DNA of 63,776 bases, counting the filler, from Methanobacteriota archaeon (GTDB taxonomy: Archaea > JACRDV01), in the NCBI GenBank assembly GCA_024860865.1. It is 7 parts of 7 records of this genome, joined end to end, with 100 filler letters (N's around TTAATTAATTAA, not from the genome) between each part and the next. Parts side by side here need not be neighbours in the genome. Positions count along the whole stretch, not along the records: positions 31,879 to 40,270 come from JACRDV010000156.1; positions 40,371 to 42,380 come from JACRDV010000026.1; positions 42,481 to 51,856 come from JACRDV010000159.1; 4 more parts are not named here. The stretch is one strand, 5' to 3'. Of the stretch, positions 38,494 through 48,774 are shown piece by piece. Each line of letters starts with the position of its first letter. The first letter of the stretch is position 1. Position numbers and translations under genes: made by a program. A model generated the notes under the pieces. That model was not told the DNA's origin. It worked only from the letters and a program-made list of their open reading frames with translations, and did no database searches.

Positions 38494-40270
38494 ATGGTCG
38501 AAACGAAAAAATTTGAAAATAGTGAAAATAATTCACAACCCATAACTGATTTCACATTAACTCGTAGAGATTTTATTAAACTCTCTGCTTTTGCGGCAGG
38601 AAGTATAGTTGCTGCTAACTCTTTGGTTACAAGGGCTCAAGCCCAGCAATTAACTCCAGAGGAAGTTTACGAGCTTTCTAAACCAGAGAACATATTGTAC
38701 TCTAGTTGCCTGCAGTGTAACACAGGTTGTCCGATTAAAGTAAAAATCCTAGATGGTGTTGTTGCGAAGATAGACGGAAATCCTTTGAGCCCATGGAATA
38801 GATTCCCGCACATGAAGTATACTACGCCTATAAAAGATTTAGCTACTATTGATGCAGGACTTTGTCCAAAGGGCCAGTCTGGAATACAAACATATTATGA
38901 TCCTTATAGAATACGTAAGGTTCTGAAGCGCGCCGGCAAGAGAGGTGAGAATAAGTGGGTATCCATTCCCTTTGAGCAAGCTATTGAAGAAATAGTAATG
39001 GGCGGTTTACTTTTTAAAAATGTTCCCGGCGAGGAGAATCGCTACGTAGAAGGGCTCAAAGACGTAATTGTTTTGCGCGACCCAAAGGTTTCGAAGGAAA
39101 TGAAATCAGAAATCGATAACATCTGGCATGAAAAGGATGCTGCTAAAAAGAAGGAGTTAGTCAATGCTTTTAAAGAGAAGTTCAGGTACGAACTTGGCAA
39201 GTTAATAGACCCAGAGCATCCGGACTTAGGGCCAAAGAATAATCAGTTTGTATTTATGTGGGGCAGGATGAAGGGAGGACGTAGTGATATTGTTAAAAGA
39301 TTTGTTGCTGGTGCTTGCGGTTCTTACAACTATCATGGTCACACAACAGTGTGCCAAGGTTCTCTCTACTTCACAGGTAAGGCCATGAGCGAACAGTATC
39401 TGTACGATGCTGGGGAAAAGAAGTACAAATGGACTGGAGGCGATAAGTTCTATTTCCAAGCGGATGAGGGTAATGCAGAATTCATAATATTTGTCGGTGC
39501 TGGCTTGTTTGAAGGTAACTATGGGCCTACTAATAGAGCAATGAAAATAATGGAGGGCGTAGAGTCAGGTCGCTTAAAGTTTGCGATTTTAGACCCAAGA
39601 TTTTCTAAACTGGCTGCAAAGGCTTGGAAGTGGATTTCGACTAAGGTTGGAACAGATGCTGCTTTTGCTTATGGGATGATAAGGTGGATTTTAGAGAACA
39701 AAAAGTATGATGAGAATTACTTGAAAAATGCTAACAAAAAGGCAGCTGCAGATGCTAAAGAACCTACTTTTACAAACGCTGTTTGGCTAGTTAAAATAAA
39801 AGATGGAAAACCAGAGAAGTTCCTATATGGATCAGAAATTGGGCTTTCAAAAATAAAGAAAAAGGAAGGTACCGAAGAAGTGGAAATGGATCCATCAGTA
39901 GTTTTGAAAGATGGAAGTCCAGTAGCTGTTGATCCATATGATGAGGTTACAGGAGTCACTGGTGACCTATTTGTGGACACAGAGGTAGGAGGCATTAAAG
40001 TAAAGAGCGCTCTTCAGCTTGTCAAAGAGGAAGCTTTTAAGCGAAGTATAAAAGAGTGGGCAGAGCTTTGCGGTGCAAAGGAAGAAGACATAATAGAGTT
40101 AGCCAGAGAATTTACCAACCACGGGAAAAAAGCAGCAGTTGATGTTCATAGAGGAGTATCACAACATACGAACGGCTTTTATAATGTAGGTTCTTGGTTC
40201 CTCTTAAACCTCCTGATAGGTAACTACAGCTGGCTAGGGGGAGTTGTACAGCTCACAACGTATAGTGGTG
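38494..40270 (+). CDS. Tat-exported molybdopterin oxidoreductase, tetrathionate reductase A-like (truncated by contig end)
   Basis: TRRDFIKL Tat motif, CLQCNTGC..CPKG Fe-S motif, LKRAGKRGENKW and HTTVCQ. Confidence 0.85.
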
Positions 40271-40370
40271 NNNNNNNNNNNNNNNNNNNNNNNNNNNNNN
40301 NNNNNNNNNNNNNNTTAATTAATTAANNNNNNNNNNNNNNNNNNNNNNNNNNNNNNNNNNNNNNNNNNNN

Positions 40371-41184
40371 AACATATTCCATATGGGTAATTTCTTTGGC
40401 AATTCTTTCGCTTATTTTGATCTATTTTGCCTCATTTTTAGCTTCATCTATTGCAACTAACATAAAAAGTGAATCCATATTAATGGATCTAGTATCAAAC
40501 ATAGCTTTTTTAATAATCATTTTTGGAGTAGTACAAGCAGTCTATATTGCTGTAAGCTATTTAATAACACTCCCAATTGCAGCGCACGCTGTCCCTGAAC
40601 TTTATCGAGGTACTTCAATGACTGTTATGGGGTACATTGGATTTGGTGGAGGCAATGTTTTAAGATTCATATTTGGTGCACTTGGATTCTTTACTACTAT
40701 CCTGATAAATGACATAAAGAATATTCAAAATATCAATTGGAAACTTATACCCCCGACTCTATTCTGTCTGATTTTAGCATTGCTGCTTCCCATTGTTGGA
40801 CCTATTTTAAGCGATATTTTCTTAGTAGCAGCAATGGGTGAGATAGCACAAACTGGTACTGAAGTATCAAATACTTTAGCATCTTTACAAAAACCATTCC
40901 TCGTATTTTTTACCACTCAGGAGGGTATGATAAGCAGAGGAATTCTCATGTACTTTTTCGCCGGATTGGCGATATTTGCCACCAAGTATTTGCATAAAAA
41001 TAGCCGAACTGTTGCATTAGTATTAGCCTCTTTCTTTTGGGCAAGAGGATTAACTAGAGTAGGAAATTTAAATCCAGCTCAGTTTATTAGTAGTATACTG
41101 CCGGGAGTTTTCTTTGGCTTAGCTATCTTCATAATAATCTTAGGCATAGAAAATGTGTTAAAATTCTTGCGGAAGACTGTGTAA
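40371..41184 (+). CDS. Multi-pass membrane protein, 5'-truncated by contig start
   Basis: Long hydrophobic ORF; no family recognised. Confidence 0.6.
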
Positions 41185-41273
41185 AAGAAACCCTAAAAAT
41201 ATTATCAGATAAAAGAAAAATGATTTTTTGGAAGTCAATTAAAGTCAAACTTAAAGTTGAGGTTGTTTAAAGC

Positions 41274-42374
41274 ATGAAAGTTTGCATTCTTAGCCCTTAT
41301 CCAGAATTTCGGAATGGATTATCTGCATATACTGCGTTTTTAATTGAAAAACTGCGTAACTATGTAGAGGTTTCCCCTATATCCTTTTATCAAAATAGAA
41401 CTATGCCGCTATTAAAAGAATTCTCGAGTCCCATAAAGATACGCAAAATATGCAAAAGAATTGAAGAGATAGACCCAACAGTCGTTCATATTCAGTTCAC
41501 AACTGTGGCTTATCCAAAGGTAAGCTTTTCTCTATTACTTTCTTTGCTTAGAAAACTTAATAGGCCAATAGTTTTAACTCAACACGAAGCAATTCCTGAA
41601 ATTAGAAAAATAAAATTGCGAACGGGATATGAAAAATTTATCTATGAAAAAGTTGATGCAATAATTGCGCATACAGAACATATAAAGAAATACTTGCTAG
41701 ACATAGGAGTTCCAAAGGAAAAGGTAGCAATTATCCCTCATGGGGTTCATATAGCATCTAAAATCAGTAAGGGAGAAGCTCGAGAAAAGTTAAATCTCAG
41801 CTCAAATGCTTTAATACTTCTTGTTTTTGGCTATATTTCACGTCATAAAGGAATTGAATACGCAATTAAAGCTATGAGGTCGATTCGTAAAGACGTAGAA
41901 CAAGCTCGACTTATTATAGCTGGGGGATTACCCCCTCTTTCGAATGATTTTGCTTATCTTAAAAAACTTAAAGCGTTATCCGAAGCAGAAGGCGTTGTTG
42001 GCAAAACCCTTTTTACAGGCTATGTAGAGGACGAGTTAATTTCAAGTTACCATAGGGCTGCTGACATTCTTCTTTTACCTTATACAAATGCATCTGAAAG
42101 TGGAATTCTTCATTTAGCTGTAGGGGCGGGATTGCCAATAATAGCTTCAAATATTAAAGGGTTAGAAATTGTAAGTCAAAACGGAATAGGGCTCTCTGTT
42201 GATCCATATGATAGTGAAAGTATTGCTGCAGCTGTTAAGAGACTGCTAAAAGATAAAGAATTGTATCAAAAATGTATAAAGGCTTGCCAAAATTTAGCGA
42301 AAGAACGATGTTGGGAAAAAATAGCAGAGATGCATGTACAATTATATGAAAGTTTGAAATCTAATTTTAATTAA
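41274..42374 (+). CDS. GT4-family glycosyltransferase
   Basis: IIPHG, FGYISRHKG and ESGILHLA..GLPIIAS motifs. Confidence 0.88.
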   Translation: MKVCILSPYPEFRNGLSAYTAFLIEKLRNYVEVSPISFYQNRTMPLLKEFSSPIKIRKICKRIEEIDPTVVHIQFTTVAYPKVSFSLLLSLLRKLNRPIVLTQHEAIPEIRKIKLRTGYEKFIYEKVDAIIAHTEHIKKYLLDIGVPKEKVAIIPHGVHIASKISKGEAREKLNLSSNALILLVFGYISRHKGIEYAIKAMRSIRKDVEQARLIIAGGLPPLSNDFAYLKKLKALSEAEGVVGKTLFTGYVEDELISSYHRAADILLLPYTNASESGILHLAVGAGLPIIASNIKGLEIVSQNGIGLSVDPYDSESIAAAVKRLLKDKELYQKCIKACQNLAKERCWEKIAEMHVQLYESLKSNFN

Positions 42375-42480
42375 CCATAGNNNNNNNNNNNNNNNNNNNN
42401 NNNNNNNNNNNNNNNNNNNNNNNNTTAATTAATTAANNNNNNNNNNNNNNNNNNNNNNNNNNNNNNNNNNNNNNNNNNNN

Positions 42481-42615
42481 CAAATACTTAAAGTTATCGG
42501 AGACTACCCCCCATCTAAAGAAAATATTCATGCACGCGTAACATCAGACGGCCATGAAGTGTTAGATGTTATCAATGAAAGGGATAGCTTCAGAATTTTC
42601 ATAAAAAAGAAATGA
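42481..42615 (+). CDS. TusA/SirA-family sulfur (selenium) carrier, C-terminal part
   Basis: Hand translation QILKVIGDYPPSKENIHARVTSDGHEVLDVINERDSFRIFIKKK*; directly upstream of selD. Confidence 0.7.
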   Translation, partial: QILKVIGDYPPSKENIHARVTSDGHEVLDVINERDSFRIFIKKK

Positions 42616-42636
42616 ATAAATTTTAGGAGGGATTTA

Positions 42637-43662
42637 GTGGGAGACAAGCTTAGATTGACACAGATGGTAGCTTTACATGGATGAGCTTGTAAAGTAAGGG
42701 AAAGAGAGCTAGACAAGTTGCTCAGCGGTGCAGGTATAATAGTTCCAGAAATGGGCAAAATTTTACTCGGACCAGGTGATGATGCAGGGGCAATAAAGAT
42801 TACAGAAGACCTTGCTTACGTTACACACCTCGATTTCTTCACTCCAATTATAGATGATCCTTATCTCTTTGGTAAAATAGCTGTTTGCAATGCTATGAGC
42901 GATATCTTTGCAAAAGGTGCAGTAGAGAACCTTGGAATCTTGATAATAATGGGCTTTCCAATTAAAGTTCCTATAGAAATAATGCAACAAGCATTAAAAG
43001 GAATTCAGGATTTTTGTTCAGAAGTTAATGCTGCAATCTTAGGCGGCCATACAATAATTAACCCCTGGCCAATTGTTGGAGCTGCAGTCGTAGGTACAAT
43101 AAATCCTAGCAAAATAATCAAAAATTCTACCGCAAAACCCGGTGATGCTTTGATTTTAACTAAACCTCTTGGAACTCAACCAGCGATGGCTGCACATAGA
43201 GCGATTGGAACTGATGCCGAAAAGGAAATAACAGCTATACTATCAAAAGCAGAAATTGAAAAAATGATTAATGCTGCAGTCGAAATTATGATAACCTCAA
43301 ACAAAGCTGCTGCTGAAGCAATTATAGAAATTGGGGCTAGTGCAGCAACGGATATAACTGGATTTGGAATTCTAGGACATGGCGGCGAGATGGCAAAACG
43401 GAGCAAAGTTGACATTGAGATCCATACTCTTCCAGTAATAAAAGGAACGCTTCAAATATCGAAACTCTTTGGTTATGGTTTAAAAGAAGGAAGATCTGCA
43501 GAGACTTCAGGTGGACTCTTAATTTCAGTTTCAAAATTAAAAAAAGAAGAACTTATTCAACAACTAAAAAAGCAAAATATTCCAGCATTTGAAATTGGCC
43601 AAGTTAAAAGTGGAATTGGAAAAATCTCTTTACAAAAGGATCTTAGTATAATTGAAATCTAA
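42637..43662 (+). CDS. selD: Selenophosphate synthetase, itself a selenoprotein (UGA-Sec at codon 16)
   Basis: AGGAGG SD and GTG start. MGDKLRLTQMVALHG-U-ACK with TGA at 42682-42684 is in frame with the DDAG, DFFTP, GGHT, TDITGFG and ETSGGLL motifs. Confidence 0.95.
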
Positions 43663-43663
43663 T

Positions 43664-43711
43664 GGTCAATGAAAAACTAGTAAACCTTTTAGGAACTAGT
43701 TTTGAGTTACT
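43664..43711 (+). promoter_or_regulatory. Eukaryote-type SECIS element in the selD 3' UTR
   Basis: AUGA (43669-72), stem AAAACUAGU, unpaired AAA, mini-stem CCU-UUU-AGG, stem ACUAGUUUU, then GA (43704-05). Confidence 0.85.
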
Positions 43712-43877
43712 GCTGCAAAGCAGACCACTAATAAAAATTTTGGTATATAAAATATAACGTAAAGAGTATAAATGCGAGTATAAATCCTTTAGAGAAAAAT
43801 TTTATAGAGCTAAGAATGAAACTAAACTTTATTTAAAAACAAAATACCTTGTGACTTTAATGAAGTTAGAAGGAAAG

Positions 43878-43999
43878 TGGCGGCGGCCACGGGGATTTTC
43901 GAGTTAGCACTTATCGAACCCCAAGCCCTACTGGGCTTACCGAATCTCTCCTAGAGATCTGAAGTTCGGTGTGAAGCACCAGCTACACTGATAGCCACC
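43878..43999 (-). tRNA. selC: tRNA-Sec(UCA) with two BHB introns (43946-43958 at 37/38; 43896-43912 at 59/60)
   Basis: 9-bp acceptor, 4-bp T stem, 7-bp D stem, 6-bp anticodon stem, long variable arm, UCA at 43960-43962, G73 and encoded CCA; mature length 92 nt. Confidence 0.92.
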
Positions 44000-44149
44000 A
44001 CTTTAAGTTTTGTTTTTATGAAATGAAAGATAACTTTTTAGATAATATGTTCTCAACTATTTATTTTAAATTTCCTAAGCCAATTTAGGGGGTAGAATCG
44101 ATAAACTTTACAGAATTCTTCGATAAAGTCCAGAAAACCAGTTTCTATA

Positions 44150-44730
44150 GAAAAATGCCCATTGATTTTCTTAAATTTTGTCGGACCTAGACCTAAACCT
44201 AACATGTCTGCTCTAGGATGTACGCTGCTGTCCTAGAGCTTTAACAATCGAGCTAGCTAAAAAAACAAAATTGTTATAGGGATAGATCATTCTGAAGATA
44301 TAATAAAGAGAGCTAAGGAAATGCAATTTCAGCTAAGATGTTATAACGTAGTATCTAGAGCGGGAGATGCCGAGAATATTCCTTTTCAGATGGAAGTTTT
44401 GACTTGGTAATAGCAACCTCTGTGCTGTATCTCTTACTAGATCCTCTAAAAGGGCTAAAGAGATGATCAGAGTGGCAAAGTTTGGAGGTAGAGTAGCAAC
44501 TCCTCACCTTTCGGATAAGATAAATGGGGAGAATGTTGAAAGGTACAGCGAGCACTATGCGCTAAAAGGTTTTGAACTCGAGGCTATCTATGGGTTGGGT
44601 GCGGCAGAATCCAATCACAGATTCTAAGATTGTCCTTGGAAGAGTTGCATGGAAAATGTGAGCTATTAAACATTGAACTTTTTAAAACGATGGATGGGGG
44701 GCGCTCTTCTCTAAGGGGGAAAATGAAAAA
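44150..44730 (+). pseudogene. Decayed class I SAM methyltransferase
   Basis: Fragments GIDHSEDII, GDAENIPF, SFDLVIATSVL and EMIRVAKFGGRVA in different frames; boundaries approximate. Confidence 0.65.
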
Positions 44731-44895
44731 TGAAAACTTATTTTCTAAGTATCTTTGTTTTAAAACAATCTAATGTTTGGTTCAAATTTAAAGCGCTTTT
44801 TTCTCATTTTGGTTATTTGTTGAGCAAGTCCTTACAAAATATTTATAGTTCCAGTTTCATACTGAAGCGGCATTAAATCAAAGTCCTTTGTTTAG

Positions 44896-45387
44896 GTGCT
44901 CTCTTTGAAGCTAAATCCGAAATTCAAGGATGAAATCACAAAGATTCACGGTGGCGAGAAAATAAAGCTTTGCTATCAATGCGGTACTTGTTCTGGCAGT
45001 TGCCCAATTACTTTCATAACCAAAGCTTATAACCCTAGGGGATTCATCCAAATGGCTTTGCTAGGTTTAAAAGAAGAAGTTCTTACTAACAAAAATATTT
45101 GGTTATGCACCGGTTGCTACTCGTGCTACGAGCGATGTCCACAAGGAGTTGAGCCAGCCTATGTTATTAGGGTTCTCTGCAGTTTAGCCGCAAAAACTGG
45201 TAATATCCCAGCAGCGACTAAAGCTGGCGCACAAACGATCCTTAAGCAAGGGCTTCTTGCTCAAGTGACTGATTTTGTTCAAAAGCAACGCGAGAAACTT
45301 GGTTTGTCAAGGATCGGCCAAACTGGTGTTGAGGAAGTACAAAAAATTGCAAAAAAAACTGGCTTTGACAAATTGGTTGGGTTATAG
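44896..45387 (+). CDS. hdrC: Heterodisulfide reductase subunit C
   Basis: CYQCGTCSGSCP and CTGCYSCYERCPQGV motifs. Confidence 0.92.
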   Translation: MLSLKLNPKFKDEITKIHGGEKIKLCYQCGTCSGSCPITFITKAYNPRGFIQMALLGLKEEVLTNKNIWLCTGCYSCYERCPQGVEPAYVIRVLCSLAAKTGNIPAATKAGAQTILKQGLLAQVTDFVQKQREKLGLSRIGQTGVEEVQKIAKKTGFDKLVGL

Positions 45388-45395
45388 GTGACTTA

Positions 45396-46277
45396 ATGGC
45401 CCTAGACTACGCTCTTTTTTTAGGTTGTGTAATCCCAACTAGAGAGTTTGGATTGGAAGTTTCAGCTAAAAAAGTTCTTGAAGCATTTGATGTAAAGTTT
45501 CATGAAATGATTGGTGCAGGTTGCTGTGGAACTGCCGGTCCAATTGCTGCAGTTGATTTTTTAACAATGGCTGCTATTGCAGCTAGAAACATATGTATCG
45601 CAGAAGAAATGGGCATGGATATAATTACATTTTGTACTGGTTGTGCAGGAACTCTTGGAAAATATAACAAACTTTTAAAAGAAGATGAACATCTCAGAGA
45701 GCAAGTAAATGAAATTTTAAAAGACATTAACAAAGAGTTTAAAGGAAAGATAGAAGTTAAACACTCTCTTGATGTTTTGGTAAATGATATTGGATTAGAT
45801 AAAATAAAAAATTCCATTAAAAAGAAATTCAATGGATTAAATGTTGCTGCCCATATAGGTTGTCATGCTGTTAGACCAAGTGATATTCGGAAATTTGATT
45901 CACCCGAGCGCCCGATTCTCTTTGATCAATTGATAGAATTAACAGGTGCAAAGAGCATCAACTTCCTTGGGAAAAACCTTTGTTGCGGTGCGGGTTTAAT
46001 AGGTGTTGCAGATGACTATTCACTAGCATTAGTGCGGGAAAAATTAATTAAAGTTAAAGCAGCTGGAGCAGATTGTATGTGCACGATTTGTGCGGCTTGT
46101 CATCTCCAGTATGAAATGAGCCAACTTTCATTAAAAACAAAGTTTAAGGAAGATTATAATATTCCGGTTTTACATTATTACCAGCTACTTGGTCTTTCAA
46201 TGGGCGTGAAGCCTGAGGAGATAGCTCTTCAAACCGTAAAGATTAAAGCCGATAATGTATTAGCAAAACTGAAATAG
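45396..46277 (+). CDS. hdrB: Heterodisulfide reductase subunit B
   Basis: Two CCG domains (GC..GCCG..CTGC; HIGCH..CCGA..CAAC). Confidence 0.92.
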   Translation: MALDYALFLGCVIPTREFGLEVSAKKVLEAFDVKFHEMIGAGCCGTAGPIAAVDFLTMAAIAARNICIAEEMGMDIITFCTGCAGTLGKYNKLLKEDEHLREQVNEILKDINKEFKGKIEVKHSLDVLVNDIGLDKIKNSIKKKFNGLNVAAHIGCHAVRPSDIRKFDSPERPILFDQLIELTGAKSINFLGKNLCCGAGLIGVADDYSLALVREKLIKVKAAGADCMCTICAACHLQYEMSQLSLKTKFKEDYNIPVLHYYQLLGLSMGVKPEEIALQTVKIKADNVLAKLK

Positions 46278-46286
46278 GTGAGAAAT

Positions 46287-46709
46287 ATGGCTAAAGCGGG
46301 AGAATACGAGGTTCCTGAGGATTTATACTACAGTGAGGATTTAATATGGGCTAAAGTTGAGCCAGATAAAAAAGTAAAGTGTGGTCTTACTGACTATGGT
46401 GCAAAAATTTCTCAAAATATTGTATACATTGAATTGCCAATTGTGGGTACAGCTGTTACTAAAGGAGAAGTAATTGGTACTGCTGAAACTGTAAAAGCAG
46501 TTGGAGAAATTAAGGCACCATTGAGTGGAACTGTAACAGCCGTAAATGAAGATGCAATAAATGACCCATCGTTGATCACTTCAGATCCCTATGGCAAGGG
46601 GTGGTTTGTAGTGATTCAGCCCTCTAATTTAGATGCCGATGTAAAGGAATTGATGGATGGAAGAGCAGCTATTGAGTGGTTCAAAAAGAAAATAGCTGAA
46701 TCTAGCTAA
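46287..46709 (+). CDS. gcvH: Lipoyl-carrier protein (GcvH/LbpA family)
   Basis: GLTDY, ETVKAV lipoylation Lys, APLSG and DPYGKGW motifs. Confidence 0.9.
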   Translation: MAKAGEYEVPEDLYYSEDLIWAKVEPDKKVKCGLTDYGAKISQNIVYIELPIVGTAVTKGEVIGTAETVKAVGEIKAPLSGTVTAVNEDAINDPSLITSDPYGKGWFVVIQPSNLDADVKELMDGRAAIEWFKKKIAESS

Positions 46710-46741
46710 CTACTATTTTTTTCTCTTTTTTTGGTCATTCT

Positions 46742-47785
46742 ATGGATTTTGAACAAGCTTTAGCTCTAGCGATCAAATCTCAAATTAGCAGTCAAGTTAT
46801 TGAATATCTTTTTAGCGCAGATGATAATCAACTCGAGACTTTGTTGAATGCCGCTCGAAATGTTTCAACGCCGGATGTGATTTACTTCTTTTATACGTCT
46901 AGTTTGTTTCCAACAATTTCGCTTACTGCAACATATTGTGAATTAAACTGTAAACATTGCGGTAGAAACTTGTTAAAGAAATTAGTTCCAACTTTTTCAC
47001 CTGAAGAATTAGTGAATATTTGCCAGCGATTCAATAGAAATGGTGCAACGGGAGTCTTGTTAAGCGGTGGATGTAATTTTGATGGTGTAGTTTGTTTTGA
47101 AGAATTTTATGATGCAATCAAGACAATAAAGAAAACTACTGATTTGATTTTGGTGGCACATCCTGGGGTTATTGATTATCAACAAGCAAAACTATTGAAA
47201 GAAGCAGGGATTGATGGTGTTTTTGTTGATGTAGTTGGTGATGAAGATACTGTGCAAGAGATATATGGTAAAGAGTCCAAATTAGATGATTATCGAAATA
47301 TGTTGAAAGGGCTCACAAAAGCTGAAATAGAAATTATTTCTCCACATGTATGTGTTGGTCTTTATTACGGCCAAGTGAAAGGTGAGCTAAAGGCTTTAGA
47401 AATAATTTCAGAATTTAAACCAGCAGTTGTAGTTATTACAGCTCTTATGCCAATAAAGGGCACTCCGCTAGAAAATTGTAAAGTGAAACCCATAGAAGTT
47501 GGAAAAATTATAGCTATTGCAAAACTAATGATGCCAAATGTACCGATAGCACTTGGCTGTGCGCGTTCAAAAGGAATAGACCGTAGCAAAATCGATGAGC
47601 TGGCAATTAAAGCAGGTGTAAATCAAATTGCAATTCCAACTACAGTTGCATTTAAAATTGCTCAGAGGTCAGGAATTAAAACTCGATCTTTAAATTCGTG
47701 CTGTGCAGTACCAGCAAATTATTTGCTTAACTTGAATAACCCAAATGTTTTTACGGACCAAACAAGGATGTTAGGAGAAATTTAA
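46742..47785 (+). CDS. lipS1: Archaeal-type lipoyl synthase subunit LipS1 (radical SAM)
   Basis: CELNCKHC, SGGC, LGCAR and C-terminal CC motifs; next to gcvH. Confidence 0.8.
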   Translation: MDFEQALALAIKSQISSQVIEYLFSADDNQLETLLNAARNVSTPDVIYFFYTSSLFPTISLTATYCELNCKHCGRNLLKKLVPTFSPEELVNICQRFNRNGATGVLLSGGCNFDGVVCFEEFYDAIKTIKKTTDLILVAHPGVIDYQQAKLLKEAGIDGVFVDVVGDEDTVQEIYGKESKLDDYRNMLKGLTKAEIEIISPHVCVGLYYGQVKGELKALEIISEFKPAVVVITALMPIKGTPLENCKVKPIEVGKIIAIAKLMMPNVPIALGCARSKGIDRSKIDELAIKAGVNQIAIPTTVAFKIAQRSGIKTRSLNSCCAVPANYLLNLNNPNVFTDQTRMLGEI

Positions 47786-48774
47786 TGCGAATAGAAAAAA
47801 TTAGAATGTCAGTTGGAACTGCAGCTGTTCTTGGTTTCATAAAGATGGAGATGTTTGCTACTCCAACAACTGCTTATCTTCTCACTTATTACCCTGGAAA
47901 GTGTACTGCTAATTGTCAGTTCTGCGCTCAAGCTCGGGAAAGTAAGGCAAGCGGTGAGATAATTGCTAGAGCTATTTATCCCGTTTATTCATTAATTGAA
48001 ACAATACCAAGAATTAAGGCTACTTTTGAAAGTGGAATTTTAAAAAGAGTTTGCATTCAAACTATTAACTATCCCAATATGCACGAAGATGTATTAGAGT
48101 TAGTTCGAGCAATCAAAGAATGTAGTGAGGTCCCTATCACTGTTTCGAGACACCCGTGTACAAAGGAAGAATTGGAACAATTAGCTCAAGTTGGAGTAGA
48201 CCGGATAGTAATTCCACTTGATGCTGCGAGTGAGAGAGTATTTGATAAAATAAAAGGAAGGAGTGCAGGTACCTCATATTATTGGGAAAAACATTTTAAA
48301 GCTTTAAAGCTAGCAAAAGAAATTTTTAAGGGGGAAGTTGGAACTCATTTAATTATTGGTTTGGGCGAAACGGAAAAAGAAGCTGTTGAAATCATTCAAG
48401 AATTGAGTAGTTTAAAAATTAAGTGTAGTTTGTTCGCATTTACTCCTATAAAGGGAACTCGATTAGAAAAAAACCCAAGACCAAATATTGGGTCATATCG
48501 ACGAATTCAGCTTGCCCAATGTTTAATCGAATCCGGCGTAAGTTCAGTAAATAACATGCTGTTTGGGGAAGATGGGACCATCTTAAATTTTGGTGTTGAT
48601 GAAAAAGTGCTTGAGAGAGTAATTAAAAGTGGGGCTCCATTCATTCCATATGGTTGCCCAGGTTGCAATAGACCATTCGCAACCGAAAAGCCTAGCGGAG
48701 TACTTTACAATTTCCCACAACTGCCAACAGAGTTTGAAATTGAAAGAATTGAAAAAGAATTGAATTTGTCTTAA
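47785..48774 (+). CDS. lipS2: Archaeal-type lipoyl synthase subunit LipS2 (radical SAM)
   Basis: CTANCQFCAQ and GCPGCNRP motifs. Confidence 0.8.
   Translation: MRIEKIRMSVGTAAVLGFIKMEMFATPTTAYLLTYYPGKCTANCQFCAQARESKASGEIIARAIYPVYSLIETIPRIKATFESGILKRVCIQTINYPNMHEDVLELVRAIKECSEVPITVSRHPCTKEELEQLAQVGVDRIVIPLDAASERVFDKIKGRSAGTSYYWEKHFKALKLAKEIFKGEVGTHLIIGLGETEKEAVEIIQELSSLKIKCSLFAFTPIKGTRLEKNPRPNIGSYRRIQLAQCLIESGVSSVNNMLFGEDGTILNFGVDEKVLERVIKSGAPFIPYGCPGCNRPFATEKPSGVLYNFPQLPTEFEIERIEKELNLS

Noticed and set aside
42718-43662. ORF-track start of SelD at 42718
   Set aside because: It omits the catalytic N-terminus. The SD and GTG at 42637 with UGA read-through give the full protein.
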